Shown: in pieces, positions 8,232-15,951 of the stretch
Position numbering within the stretch: position 1 is the first letter of the stretch
Layout: each line of letters opens with the position of its first letter
Origin: a virus
IMG/VR virus record: IMGVR_UViG_3300025117_000031
Span: 64,001-128,000 of that record
DNA length: 64,000 nt
Reading direction: 5' to 3' (one strand)
The notes under the pieces: model-generated
Told to the model about the DNA's origin: nothing
Seen by the model: the letters and a program-made list of their open reading frames with translations, nothing else
Database searches by the model: none
Translations under genes and position numbers: made by a program

Positions 8232-10390
8232 TTTTTTAAAGCCTTTTCTACCATTTCACCGACTAATTCTTCAAAAGAAATCTCCGGATACCATCCGAGC
8301 TTATTGTGAGCTTTTGTACTGTTGCCAATTAAAACATGAACTTCTGCAGGACGATAAAACTTTGGGTCAATCCTAATGTGTTCTTCGTAGTTTAATCCAA
8401 CGCAGTTAAAGGCTTCTTTACAAAAATCACGAACAGAATAACAAGTCTCAGAAGAGATAATGTATTCTTCTGGAGTCTCTTGTTGAAGCATCAAATACAT
8501 TGCCCGAATGCAGTCCTTCGCGTGACTCCAATCTCTTTTAGCTTCAAGATTGCCAAGATACAAAAAATCTTGTTCATTGTTAGATATCTTTGCAACTGCT
8601 TGTGCAATTTTCTGAGTAACAAAATAAGGTCCGCGACGTTTCGATTCGTGGTTCATCAATATGCCCGAACAGGCAAACATATTATAAGATTCTCTATAAT
8701 TTATAGTAAGATAGTGACCATAAACTTTAGCTACACCATAGGGAGAGCGGGGATGAAATGGAGAATTTTCGTCATATGGAACACCGCCAGATAATCCTCC
8801 GAGCATTTCGCTGGTTGAATTTCCGCTTATTGCTGTTTTGCCGTTTCTTTCAATTAAGAAGTTATGATTATCTTTTATTTCCAAGCACCACACGTTTCCT
8901 TTATATTCAACCTCAGAGATCATATAAGAGTACAACTTGTTCTTTGGAGAAAAACTAACATTAATGTAAAATGCTTCTTTTGTAGATTTTATTTCCCGTA
9001 CTTTGTCTCCTTCTTTTATATAACTTTTCGTTAATCCAACGTTCTTAATAGAAGGATGATACCCGCATTTTTTTATAAGAAATAAAAGTTGTGAAGCCAA
9101 AATACTTGATACTGTGGTGATAGAAGCCCTTTCCCCAGACTTAGTTTTTCTTTCCGAACCATCTGAGTCTATTACTCCTTGCAATAGGGCTCTTAAATTA
9201 CCGACGGAATAAGAAAAGGCAAAATCTGGTATTTGTTTTTCATAAACATTTTTCCCGCATAAAGAAAATATTTTCGAAAGAGGCAAGCTGGTTAAAGTTA
9301 TTGTCATTTTTTGTTTTGAATATTCTAGCTTGTTCTTATCTAAAATTTTCAATAAAGAACTTCTGGCGGGATCTTTTTCGGGTATCGCAAAAAGAATGGT
9401 ATGAGAAGTTAAATATCTTTCTCCAGTGGTCGGAGGAGTCCCTTCAAAATTAAATTCAGCCGTGTAACGACCTGTTTTTTTATCTCTTCTTTTTTCATTT
9501 TCTTTAAATGGATAACTTCTTAGTTTTTTACCAGAAGCCTTATATCCGTCTCCAATATATAAACCAAGTAAATAAAAAAGGTCTTTTGAAGGCAAAGAAG
9601 TGATCAAATTCTTATGAAAACAATTTGGTACAGAGAGTTCTTGTAATGGTACGAGATCAGATAATTTAATATTTTCCTTTTTATCTTCCAACTGTGGAGT
9701 AATAAAGGGCATGCTTAGATGACTTTTTCTTTCAAAAGAAAAAAGATTCTTTATATTTTCTGCTCTACAACTAACAATGTTATTATTGTCATCTTTAAGG
9801 ATTACTCTGTGGTTTGGTGTAATTAGTTGTGAAATTCTTTTCCCCTCTAAAGAAATCATCTTTCCATCATAGGGAAATTTATATATTTTTAGTATTTGTT
9901 TTTTTTCCATTTGATGAGTTTGTTCATTAAAAGAAAAAACATCGTCTCCAACTTTTAATTCGGTGAACGGCTTTATCCCCGAAGGGGTTACAACGTTGGT
10001 TTTTTCGTCATGACACGCTTGATAGAACTTAGTTTTTTTCTCGTTACCACTTTGTCTGATGGACTCCAAACAATTCAGAACACCAGCCCCTGTGGCACTT
10101 AAGGTATGAAATGGTTCTTTAAAAGATGTTCCAACTTCTGATTGGGCGGCAAGATTATACATCTCATCGGGAGAAATGGACTTAACAAGAGAAATCATTG
10201 AAGATAAATCTGTTACATCCCCCTCAACAATTTCAAAATTCTTTTCCCCAACAAGATGAGACACATTTCCAAGACCATTCGAACTGGTTCTTCTTTTTAA
10301 TCCATAAACTTTATAGTCTTTTTCTAAAAGAAGTTCTGAGAGGTAGGAACCATCTTGTCCTGTTACTCCGGTAATCAAAGCCTTTTTCAT
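8228..10390 (-). CDS. gmd: GDP-mannose 4,6-dehydratase containing an intein
   Basis: ALITGVTGQDGSYL, YNLAAQS, FYQA/STSE split by insertion, PRSPYGVAK, NHESKRRG, LGNLEAKRDW; predicted spliced length 321 aa. Confidence 0.95.
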   Translation of the reverse strand: MKKALITGVTGQDGSYLSELLLEKDYKVYGLKRRTSSNGLGNVSHLVGEKNFEIVEGDVTDLSSMISLVKSISPDEMYNLAAQSEVGTSFKEPFHTLSATGAGVLNCLESIRQSGNEKKTKFYQACHDEKTNVVTPSGIKPFTELKVGDDVFSFNEQTHQMEKKQILKIYKFPYDGKMISLEGKRISQLITPNHRVILKDDNNNIVSCRAENIKNLFSFERKSHLSMPFITPQLEDKKENIKLSDLVPLQELSVPNCFHKNLITSLPSKDLFYLLGLYIGDGYKASGKKLRSYPFKENEKRRDKKTGRYTAEFNFEGTPPTTGERYLTSHTILFAIPEKDPARSSLLKILDKNKLEYSKQKMTITLTSLPLSKIFSLCGKNVYEKQIPDFAFSYSVGNLRALLQGVIDSDGSERKTKSGERASITTVSSILASQLLFLIKKCGYHPSIKNVGLTKSYIKEGDKVREIKSTKEAFYINVSFSPKNKLYSYMISEVEYKGNVWCLEIKDNHNFLIERNGKTAISGNSTSEMLGGLSGGVPYDENSPFHPRSPYGVAKVYGHYLTINYRESYNMFACSGILMNHESKRRGPYFVTQKIAQAVAKISNNEQDFLYLGNLEAKRDWSHAKDCIRAMYLMLQQETPEEYIISSETCYSVRDFCKEAFNCVGLNYEEHIRIDPKFYRPAEVHVLIGNSTKAHNKLGWYPEISFEELVGEMVEKALKK
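8819..10015 (-). mobile_element. Intein (399 aa) with LAGLIDADG homing endonuclease in gmd
   Basis: Starts CHDEKT after FYQA, block B ITPNHR, LAGLIDADG-like LLGLYIGDG and LQGVIDSDG, block F VWCLEI...HNF, ends ISGN before +1 Ser. Confidence 0.92.
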
Positions 10391-10660
10391 TTTGTCTCCA
10401 TATGTTATATATATAACGACTTCAGCTGCTTCTGCCTCAACTTCTATTTAAAAGAGAAAAAATCCTCGACAGAGGTCTCGGCAATGTCTTTTCTTCTAAC
10501 GAAGAAAATATAACATCGACAGAAGTCGTTTTAATTCTATCATATTTTTGATGAAACTTAGACAAGAAAAAGAAAAAAGATATAACATGTTGAAAAGATG
10601 AAGAAAAACAGTAGAAGAAAGAAAGATGTAACATATATATAATATATATTACCAAGAGAT
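10391..10660. promoter_or_regulatory. AT-rich divergent intergenic region with repeated AT(A/G)TAACAT boxes (regulatory or origin candidate)
   Basis: Strand switch point; motif within 10505-10516, 10577-10588, 10623-10634 and inverted at 10402-10410; palindrome GTTATATATATAAC 10404-10417. Confidence 0.4.
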
Positions 10661-12043
10661 TTGGAACTTAAACTGTTAACCTCTCAGTTAAAAGAATTTA
10701 AATCTTCTCTTCTTATTAAGAACAACGAATTTACAAAAAAATCAACACATTCTACTTCGTGTGTTATATTTATAATGTGTCGAAACGTCATTCTACAACT
10801 TCTGAAAAAAGCCTCCCTATAACTATCCTCAGCCAACGTATTCGGCTCGTTCCAAATAACATCCAAACAACCTTTTTCGAACGTTGTGCCGGTGCGTCTC
10901 GTTTTGTCTACAACTGGGGATTGGGCCGTTGGAAAACTCAATACGAAGCTGGGGGGAAGCCCTCTTGGATTAGCCTTAACTCCGAGTTGAATGCCTGCAA
11001 AAACACCGAATTTCCTTGGATGGCAAAATTGCCGTGGGCTGTTGCTGCAACGGCATTGTCCAATCTCGGCAATGCTTTCTCCAACTTCTTTCGTCGTGTT
11101 AAGTCTGGCCAAAAGCCCGGTTATCCCCGTTTCAAGTCGAAGAAGCGGAACAAAGCAGCCTTTGCCATCGAGGGACGAGCCCTTCAGTTTGACGGCAGAA
11201 GAGTCAAACTCCCCAAGCTTGGTTGGGTCCGCACCCGACAAGAGGTAAGATTTCCTGGTAAAATCCTGTCCGCTCACTTCACGAAACATGCCGGTCATTG
11301 GTACGTCTCGATTCAAGTTCAAGTCTCCGACTCCTGGTCCTATCCCCATCGCTGCGAAACCCAAGAAGCGGTTGGAGTGGACCTTGGGCTCCGAGACCTT
11401 GCCGTGCTCTCCACGGGAGAACGGGTCGGGGCTCCACGCATTCTGCGTGCTCATGAAACCCGACTGCGACGACTCAACAAGGAAATGTCTCGTCGCGTCA
11501 TAGGAGGGAAGAATTGGCAGAAGACCAAAATGAAGCTTGGTCGGCTGCATGAACGGATTTCCAACATCCGCAAAGACGTAACGCATAAGCTTACCGCTCG
11601 GCTGGTCCGAGACTTTCGTCGGATTGGAATCGAGGACTTGAACGTCAAGGGGATGATGGCAAATCACCATCTTGCAAAGTCGGTTGCAGATGCTGCCTTG
11701 TCGGAAATCAGGCGTCAGCTCACGTATAAGGCTCCGCTTGCCGGCAGCGAAATCATCGTTGCTGACCGCTGGTTCCCTTCTTCCAAGCTGTGTTCCGACT
11801 GCGGAACAAGACGAGAAGGACCGTTGCCCTTGTCCATCCGAGAATGGGTTTGTGAGGCTTGTGGGGTTGTCCACGACCGAGACATCAACGCAGCCATTAA
11901 TCTTAGAACCGCCGCCCTGGCGGGGATAGCCTGCTGCCAAGAAAGCTCTGGTTCTGGTCTTGCGACCAAAACGAAACTTTCTCTTGGGCAGGAATTGAGC
12001 AACCGTGTTAACTAATGGGTTCATGGTTTAAGTCTCGAAGGGG
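10661..12043 (+). mobile_element. Non-autonomous TnpB-only insertion element, copy 1 (IS607/IS200-IS605 related; no TnpA)
   Basis: GC-rich island; similarity to copy 2 runs from TTGGAACTTAA (10661) to GTCTCGAAGGGG (12043); ends approximate to a few bp. Confidence 0.85.
10759..12015 (+). CDS. tnpB: RNA-guided endonuclease TnpB
   Basis: HTH (RIRLVPNN...RFVYNW), GYPRFKSK, RuvC-I VGVDLG, RuvC-II IEDLNV, Zn ribbon CSDC...CEAC, RuvC-III HDRDINAAINL; all three acidic residues intact; true start may be GTG 10777. Confidence 0.95.
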   Translation: MCYIYNVSKRHSTTSEKSLPITILSQRIRLVPNNIQTTFFERCAGASRFVYNWGLGRWKTQYEAGGKPSWISLNSELNACKNTEFPWMAKLPWAVAATALSNLGNAFSNFFRRVKSGQKPGYPRFKSKKRNKAAFAIEGRALQFDGRRVKLPKLGWVRTRQEVRFPGKILSAHFTKHAGHWYVSIQVQVSDSWSYPHRCETQEAVGVDLGLRDLAVLSTGERVGAPRILRAHETRLRRLNKEMSRRVIGGKNWQKTKMKLGRLHERISNIRKDVTHKLTARLVRDFRRIGIEDLNVKGMMANHHLAKSVADAALSEIRRQLTYKAPLAGSEIIVADRWFPSSKLCSDCGTRREGPLPLSIREWVCEACGVVHDRDINAAINLRTAALAGIACCQESSGSGLATKTKLSLGQELSNRVN

Positions 12044-12063
12044 AACTATAACACAAGCCTAAT
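11880..12063 (+). ncRNA. Putative omegaRNA (reRNA) of TnpB copy 1 plus flanking guide
   Basis: Overlaps tnpB 3' end as is typical; stems CCTGC/GCAGG, CCAAGA/TCTTGG, GGTC/GACC (GGCC/GGCC in copy 2, a compensatory change); 5' boundary approximate. Confidence 0.6.
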
Positions 12064-12066
12064 TAG
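12059..12066 (+). promoter_or_regulatory. Putative phage late promoter CTAATTAG (palindromic)
   Basis: Recurring CTA(A/T)TTA motif upstream of gene starts; 18 nt before ATG 12085. Confidence 0.5.
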
Positions 12067-12084
12067 TGTAAGAGGAAAAGATCG

Positions 12085-14463
12085 ATGAATCTTAATGAAA
12101 CAGAAAAGATGTTACAAGAACTTTATTCCTTCTGTAAAAAGGAGTTAGGATTTAAGAGAGGCATCTCAGCTCTTAATTTTATACAGTCTGAGGCTAATGC
12201 TAAGAAATTATTAGGGAAAACAGCTAACTACGATCCGGAGACAGAAGAGATAAATATTTATGTTACCGGAAGACATCACAAGGACATAGCAAGATCATTT
12301 GCACACGAGATATGCCATCATTGGCAAAACGAAGAAAAAAGATTACCCCTCTCAGGACTTAATTCTCAGTCTTATGCTCAAGACGATCCCCAGCTTAGGA
12401 AGGCTGAAGAAGAAGCTTATCTAAGAGGGAACATGCTTTTTAGGGACTGGGAAGACTCTCAGAAGAAAGCTCTTGTAGAAATAATCCTCCGCGAACGAGG
12501 AAGGCTTCAGTTAAATGAGGGAGGTGCGGCTGGCCACATGAACCACCTCTACGACGATCCGCTTCTTACATTTAAGAAAATTAAGGAAATATTAATTGCT
12601 GCCTCTTCGGGAAAAATTGAAGGTACAGAAAAGGTGGATGGGGTTAATCTTTTTGTTTCTTTCGACTTGCAGAAAAATGTTGCGGTTGGGGCTAGAAACA
12701 AAGGGGAGTTGGAAGGTGGAGGTCTAACTGCGGAAGATTTCTTTGAAAAGTTTGCCGAGCACAGCAATCAAAACTTAAAAACCGTAGTTTCTAATGCATT
12801 GAAATCATTCGAAGAACTAGCTATTTCTTTAACCCCTCAAGAAAAGATTCAGTTCTTCGGAGAATACCCAAAGAAATTATTTTACAACTCCGACATCGTT
12901 TCTCCTGAAGCTTCAAATGTTGTTGATTATAATAAGAAATTTATAATTCTTCATCGAAACGGGCATATTGTGTCTGACATTTTGGCAAAAACGGTCTCGG
13001 ATGTGAATTTGGAAAATAATGTCTTGGAGTTGACAAAAAAAGTAGACGAACTTGGGAAGACAAAAATAAAAGATTATGACATGAAGATTTCGGCTTTAAG
13101 AAATCTTAAGGCCCTATCGGACAGAAAACCCCTTGAGATTGCTTTAAAGAGAATTGAAGATATTTTACATGACTCAGGGGCCTCGGAAAGCAGCACTGTA
13201 TCTAATTTCCTTTTTTTGAGGCTGACCCCAGCGGTTGAAGAATATATATCCGATTTATCGCAATCAAAGAAAGAACAAATAATCCGAAGAATTGCGGGAG
13301 AGAAAATTAATCTAAGAGAGCTTAAAAAAGATTTAAATCCTCGTCAATTATCGCAAGCAAACGAACTTCTTTCAAGAGCAAACGATCTTAGAAAAAGAGC
13401 AATTCTTCCGCTGGAAAAAACAATTCATGACTTTTCTGTTGAAATTCTTAAAAGTTTAGATTCTTTGTTTGTTTTGGACGATAAGAAAGAGCTGGCAAGA
13501 ATAAGAGAGAAAGTCTCTCAGGCTATTGAAAAGATTCAGAATTCAGGCAATGTTGAAGCAATCAAGCAACTGCGTAGACAGATGGAAAAATTGGAGTCTC
13601 TTGAGAACATTTCTTCTGCAACCGAGGGCTTTGTCTTCAGTTTTGATGGCAAGACATATAAATTTACTGGGAATTTTGCTCCAGTGAATCAGATTTTAGG
13701 ACTGTTTAAGTATGGTAGGGGTAGTCTTTCCCCAATGGTATTGGAAGAAGTAAAGGGGAAGATAAATTATGTCTTAATCCCTGGTGCATTTAAGCCGCCT
13801 CATCGTGGACATTTGCATATGCTAAAACAATATGCTGAAATCGCGGATAAGGTGGTTGTGTTTATTTCCAATAGGCCCAGGGAGGCTCCGGGCGGTAGAG
13901 CAGTGGGCGCGGATGTAGCGGTCACTCTGTTTAAAAAATATATTCAAGTGTCCGGGCTTGAGCAGAAGGTGGAGATTAAGATTGCAGATGCGGTCAGTCC
14001 GATCGTAAGCATGTTGGAATTTATTTCTTCTTTGCCAAAAAATACAAATGTTGTTCTAGGAACTTCGGGAAAAGGGGAAGATTCGAAAAGATTTGAGAAT
14101 TTTGAAAAATATGCACCAGAAGGTGTTAAGCTGCTTTATGGGAAGGACTGGTCTGTGGACCCCCTTCGAGAGAAAAACATGGCATTTTCTTCCACTTTGA
14201 TGAGAAAGGCAATTGCGAATGGAGATGAAAACTCTTTTGCTTCTTTCTTGCCGGATGAATTAAAAACCGATTCGGAAGAACTTCTTAAAATTGTGGCGGA
14301 TATGACAAAGACCGAGATATTGGAATTTTCTGGAATGGCTATGGGAGCTGTGACGGGGGCTTTATCTGGGTCAAGTGTTGAAAAAGACGAAGAAAACACT
14401 AAAAATATGCTAATTAGAGAGGTAATGGAATACTTTAATTCGAGGATCCTGAATGAAAACTAG
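12085..14463 (+). CDS. Multidomain protein: HExxH domain + ATP-dependent ligase-like nucleotidyltransferase domain + HIGH-class nucleotidyltransferase
   Basis: AHEICHHWQ; TEKVDG (KxDG), TEGFVF, YKF; PGAFKPPHRGH and FSSTLMR. Confidence 0.65.
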   Translation: MNLNETEKMLQELYSFCKKELGFKRGISALNFIQSEANAKKLLGKTANYDPETEEINIYVTGRHHKDIARSFAHEICHHWQNEEKRLPLSGLNSQSYAQDDPQLRKAEEEAYLRGNMLFRDWEDSQKKALVEIILRERGRLQLNEGGAAGHMNHLYDDPLLTFKKIKEILIAASSGKIEGTEKVDGVNLFVSFDLQKNVAVGARNKGELEGGGLTAEDFFEKFAEHSNQNLKTVVSNALKSFEELAISLTPQEKIQFFGEYPKKLFYNSDIVSPEASNVVDYNKKFIILHRNGHIVSDILAKTVSDVNLENNVLELTKKVDELGKTKIKDYDMKISALRNLKALSDRKPLEIALKRIEDILHDSGASESSTVSNFLFLRLTPAVEEYISDLSQSKKEQIIRRIAGEKINLRELKKDLNPRQLSQANELLSRANDLRKRAILPLEKTIHDFSVEILKSLDSLFVLDDKKELARIREKVSQAIEKIQNSGNVEAIKQLRRQMEKLESLENISSATEGFVFSFDGKTYKFTGNFAPVNQILGLFKYGRGSLSPMVLEEVKGKINYVLIPGAFKPPHRGHLHMLKQYAEIADKVVVFISNRPREAPGGRAVGADVAVTLFKKYIQVSGLEQKVEIKIADAVSPIVSMLEFISSLPKNTNVVLGTSGKGEDSKRFENFEKYAPEGVKLLYGKDWSVDPLREKNMAFSSTLMRKAIANGDENSFASFLPDELKTDSEELLKIVADMTKTEILEFSGMAMGAVTGALSGSSVEKDEENTKNMLIREVMEYFNSRILNEN

Positions 14464-15247
14464 AGAAGAATTTATAAAAGAACTTCAAGAAGAAAAACTG
14501 CTTCGGGAGACTGTGGATAAAATCGCTCAAAATAGGATTTTTGAGCAGGTTTCCGAAGAAAAGAAAAAGATTATAGAAAGACATAAAGAAAGAGCACTAC
14601 TAAAAGAGTGCGTCCGGAAGATAATTTCCGAAGCCAAAACACCTCCGCCTGCGCATCAATCAACAGGAATTAATATTCTTTCGGAACTTCTAAGAAAAGT
14701 TCTGCCTATTCTAGAGAGAAACTTCAGAAAACTGACAACAGATCAGTTTCAAAGAAAGTCTTTTCGAGCCCATATTATAAATGGGTGCAAGAAGTCCCTG
14801 GAGAGAGCATATGTGGAATCAGAAGCTCCCGAGTCATCAGAACAGGCTCAGGCAGAGGTAGATAATGCTATGGGAGACGGAGAGGGCATGAAGCAACCTT
14901 CTGCTGAACCCGAGCCTTCGATGCCTTCGGAAAATCCTCTTAATGAGCTTGATATGCCAGGTGACGAACAAAAGTTTATTGATATTCGTCCGAAAGACAA
15001 AAAACCTACGGACAAGAAAACAAACATCAAAGACAAAGAAGATTTTGCCGTTGATGGGGAAGATGAAACAGGAAAGAATTTGGCGTTTGAAGTGTTCCAT
15101 CAAATAGAAAAAACGATTCTTGAGTCGTTTAGACTTTTGTCCAACGATGAAGACAAGAAAATATTTGTTGAATATCTTTTAACAAACTTGAAAATGTATT
15201 TTGATTTGTTTGAGGACAATCTTCAAACAATGCCGAACAGTAAATAA
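14453..15247 (+). CDS. Hypothetical acidic phage protein (possible internal head protein)
   Basis: Long ORF, GAGG upstream, LLKECVRKIISE motif; CTAATTAG at 14410-14417. Confidence 0.6.
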   Translation: MKTREEFIKELQEEKLLRETVDKIAQNRIFEQVSEEKKKIIERHKERALLKECVRKIISEAKTPPPAHQSTGINILSELLRKVLPILERNFRKLTTDQFQRKSFRAHIINGCKKSLERAYVESEAPESSEQAQAEVDNAMGDGEGMKQPSAEPEPSMPSENPLNELDMPGDEQKFIDIRPKDKKPTDKKTNIKDKEDFAVDGEDETGKNLAFEVFHQIEKTILESFRLLSNDEDKKIFVEYLLTNLKMYFDLFEDNLQTMPNSK

Positions 15248-15259
15248 GGAGAGTTAATT

Positions 15260-15499
15260 ATGAGTAATCCGAGACGAAGAAGGCAGGCAAGAATTAAAGC
15301 TCGCGAGGCTGCAGCTCCGCCTGTTGTGCTTGTTGAGAAGGAAGTTGCGGTTGTAGAGAAGTTTCTTCCTTCCAAAGTAGAAGACGAAATTATTGTTCCC
15401 AAAGTTGAAAAGCCTGAGCTACCTGTGGAACAAGAAAAGCCTGAAGCAAAGACAGAGAGTGTTCAGACAAAGAGACGCTTTAAGAAAATAGAAAACTAG
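15260..15499 (+). CDS. Hypothetical small protein
   Basis: AGGAGAG RBS, fills gap between neighbours. Confidence 0.6.
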   Translation: MSNPRRRRQARIKAREAAAPPVVLVEKEVAVVEKFLPSKVEDEIIVPKVEKPELPVEQEKPEAKTESVQTKRRFKKIEN

Positions 15500-15507
15500 A
15501 GGCTCTT

Positions 15508-15951
15508 GTGACCAGAGGAAGAAGAACTAGGATCTGGAGATTCGGTAAAAGAATCGAAATTAAAAAGAAGGTAACTTTTCTAGAGAGAGCAAGGCTTAAC
15601 GGAGTTCTTACTAGAGAAAACGAATCTTTTTTGAGAACTACTGCGCTAGAGGATCTTATTTTATTGAAACTAGAAACAGCGGCAGAAATCTCAGATTATA
15701 GGCCTGCTGGCTTTGGTTTTTATAGAATGGTTAGATATGCGATTATAGACGCCTTGTATCGTTATGCTAGAGTTGCGGTTGATACTGCAAAAGAGGCATC
15801 AGATTTATTAGGAGTTAGAAAGAACTCTCTCTTGAGGCTTTTTGAAGCATCGGGAGTAAAAAAGGAAACTATTTCAAAAAATGAAAAATACTTACGTAAT
15901 CGACACCAACGTATTTTTGACGAACACAAACTCTATCGTGACGTATTCTGA
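15508..15951 (+). CDS. Hypothetical protein with C-terminal HTH-like motif
   Basis: AKEASDLLGVRKNSL resembles a Fis-type HTH. Confidence 0.5.
   Translation: MTRGRRTRIWRFGKRIEIKKKVTFLERARLNGVLTRENESFLRTTALEDLILLKLETAAEISDYRPAGFGFYRMVRYAIIDALYRYARVAVDTAKEASDLLGVRKNSLLRLFEASGVKKETISKNEKYLRNRHQRIFDEHKLYRDVF

Noticed and set aside
10437-10655. 72-aa minus-strand ORF
   Set aside because: Low-complexity F/S/I-rich translation of an A-rich spacer with no RBS.
10759-12015. Nuclease-dead TnpB repressor (TldR-like)
   Set aside because: All three RuvC acidic residues are present in both copies.
10661-12043. IStron (group I intron plus TnpB) or mini Cas12 system
   Set aside because: Only about 100 bp precede tnpB, too short for a group I core; the elements are intergenic and have no adjacent array.
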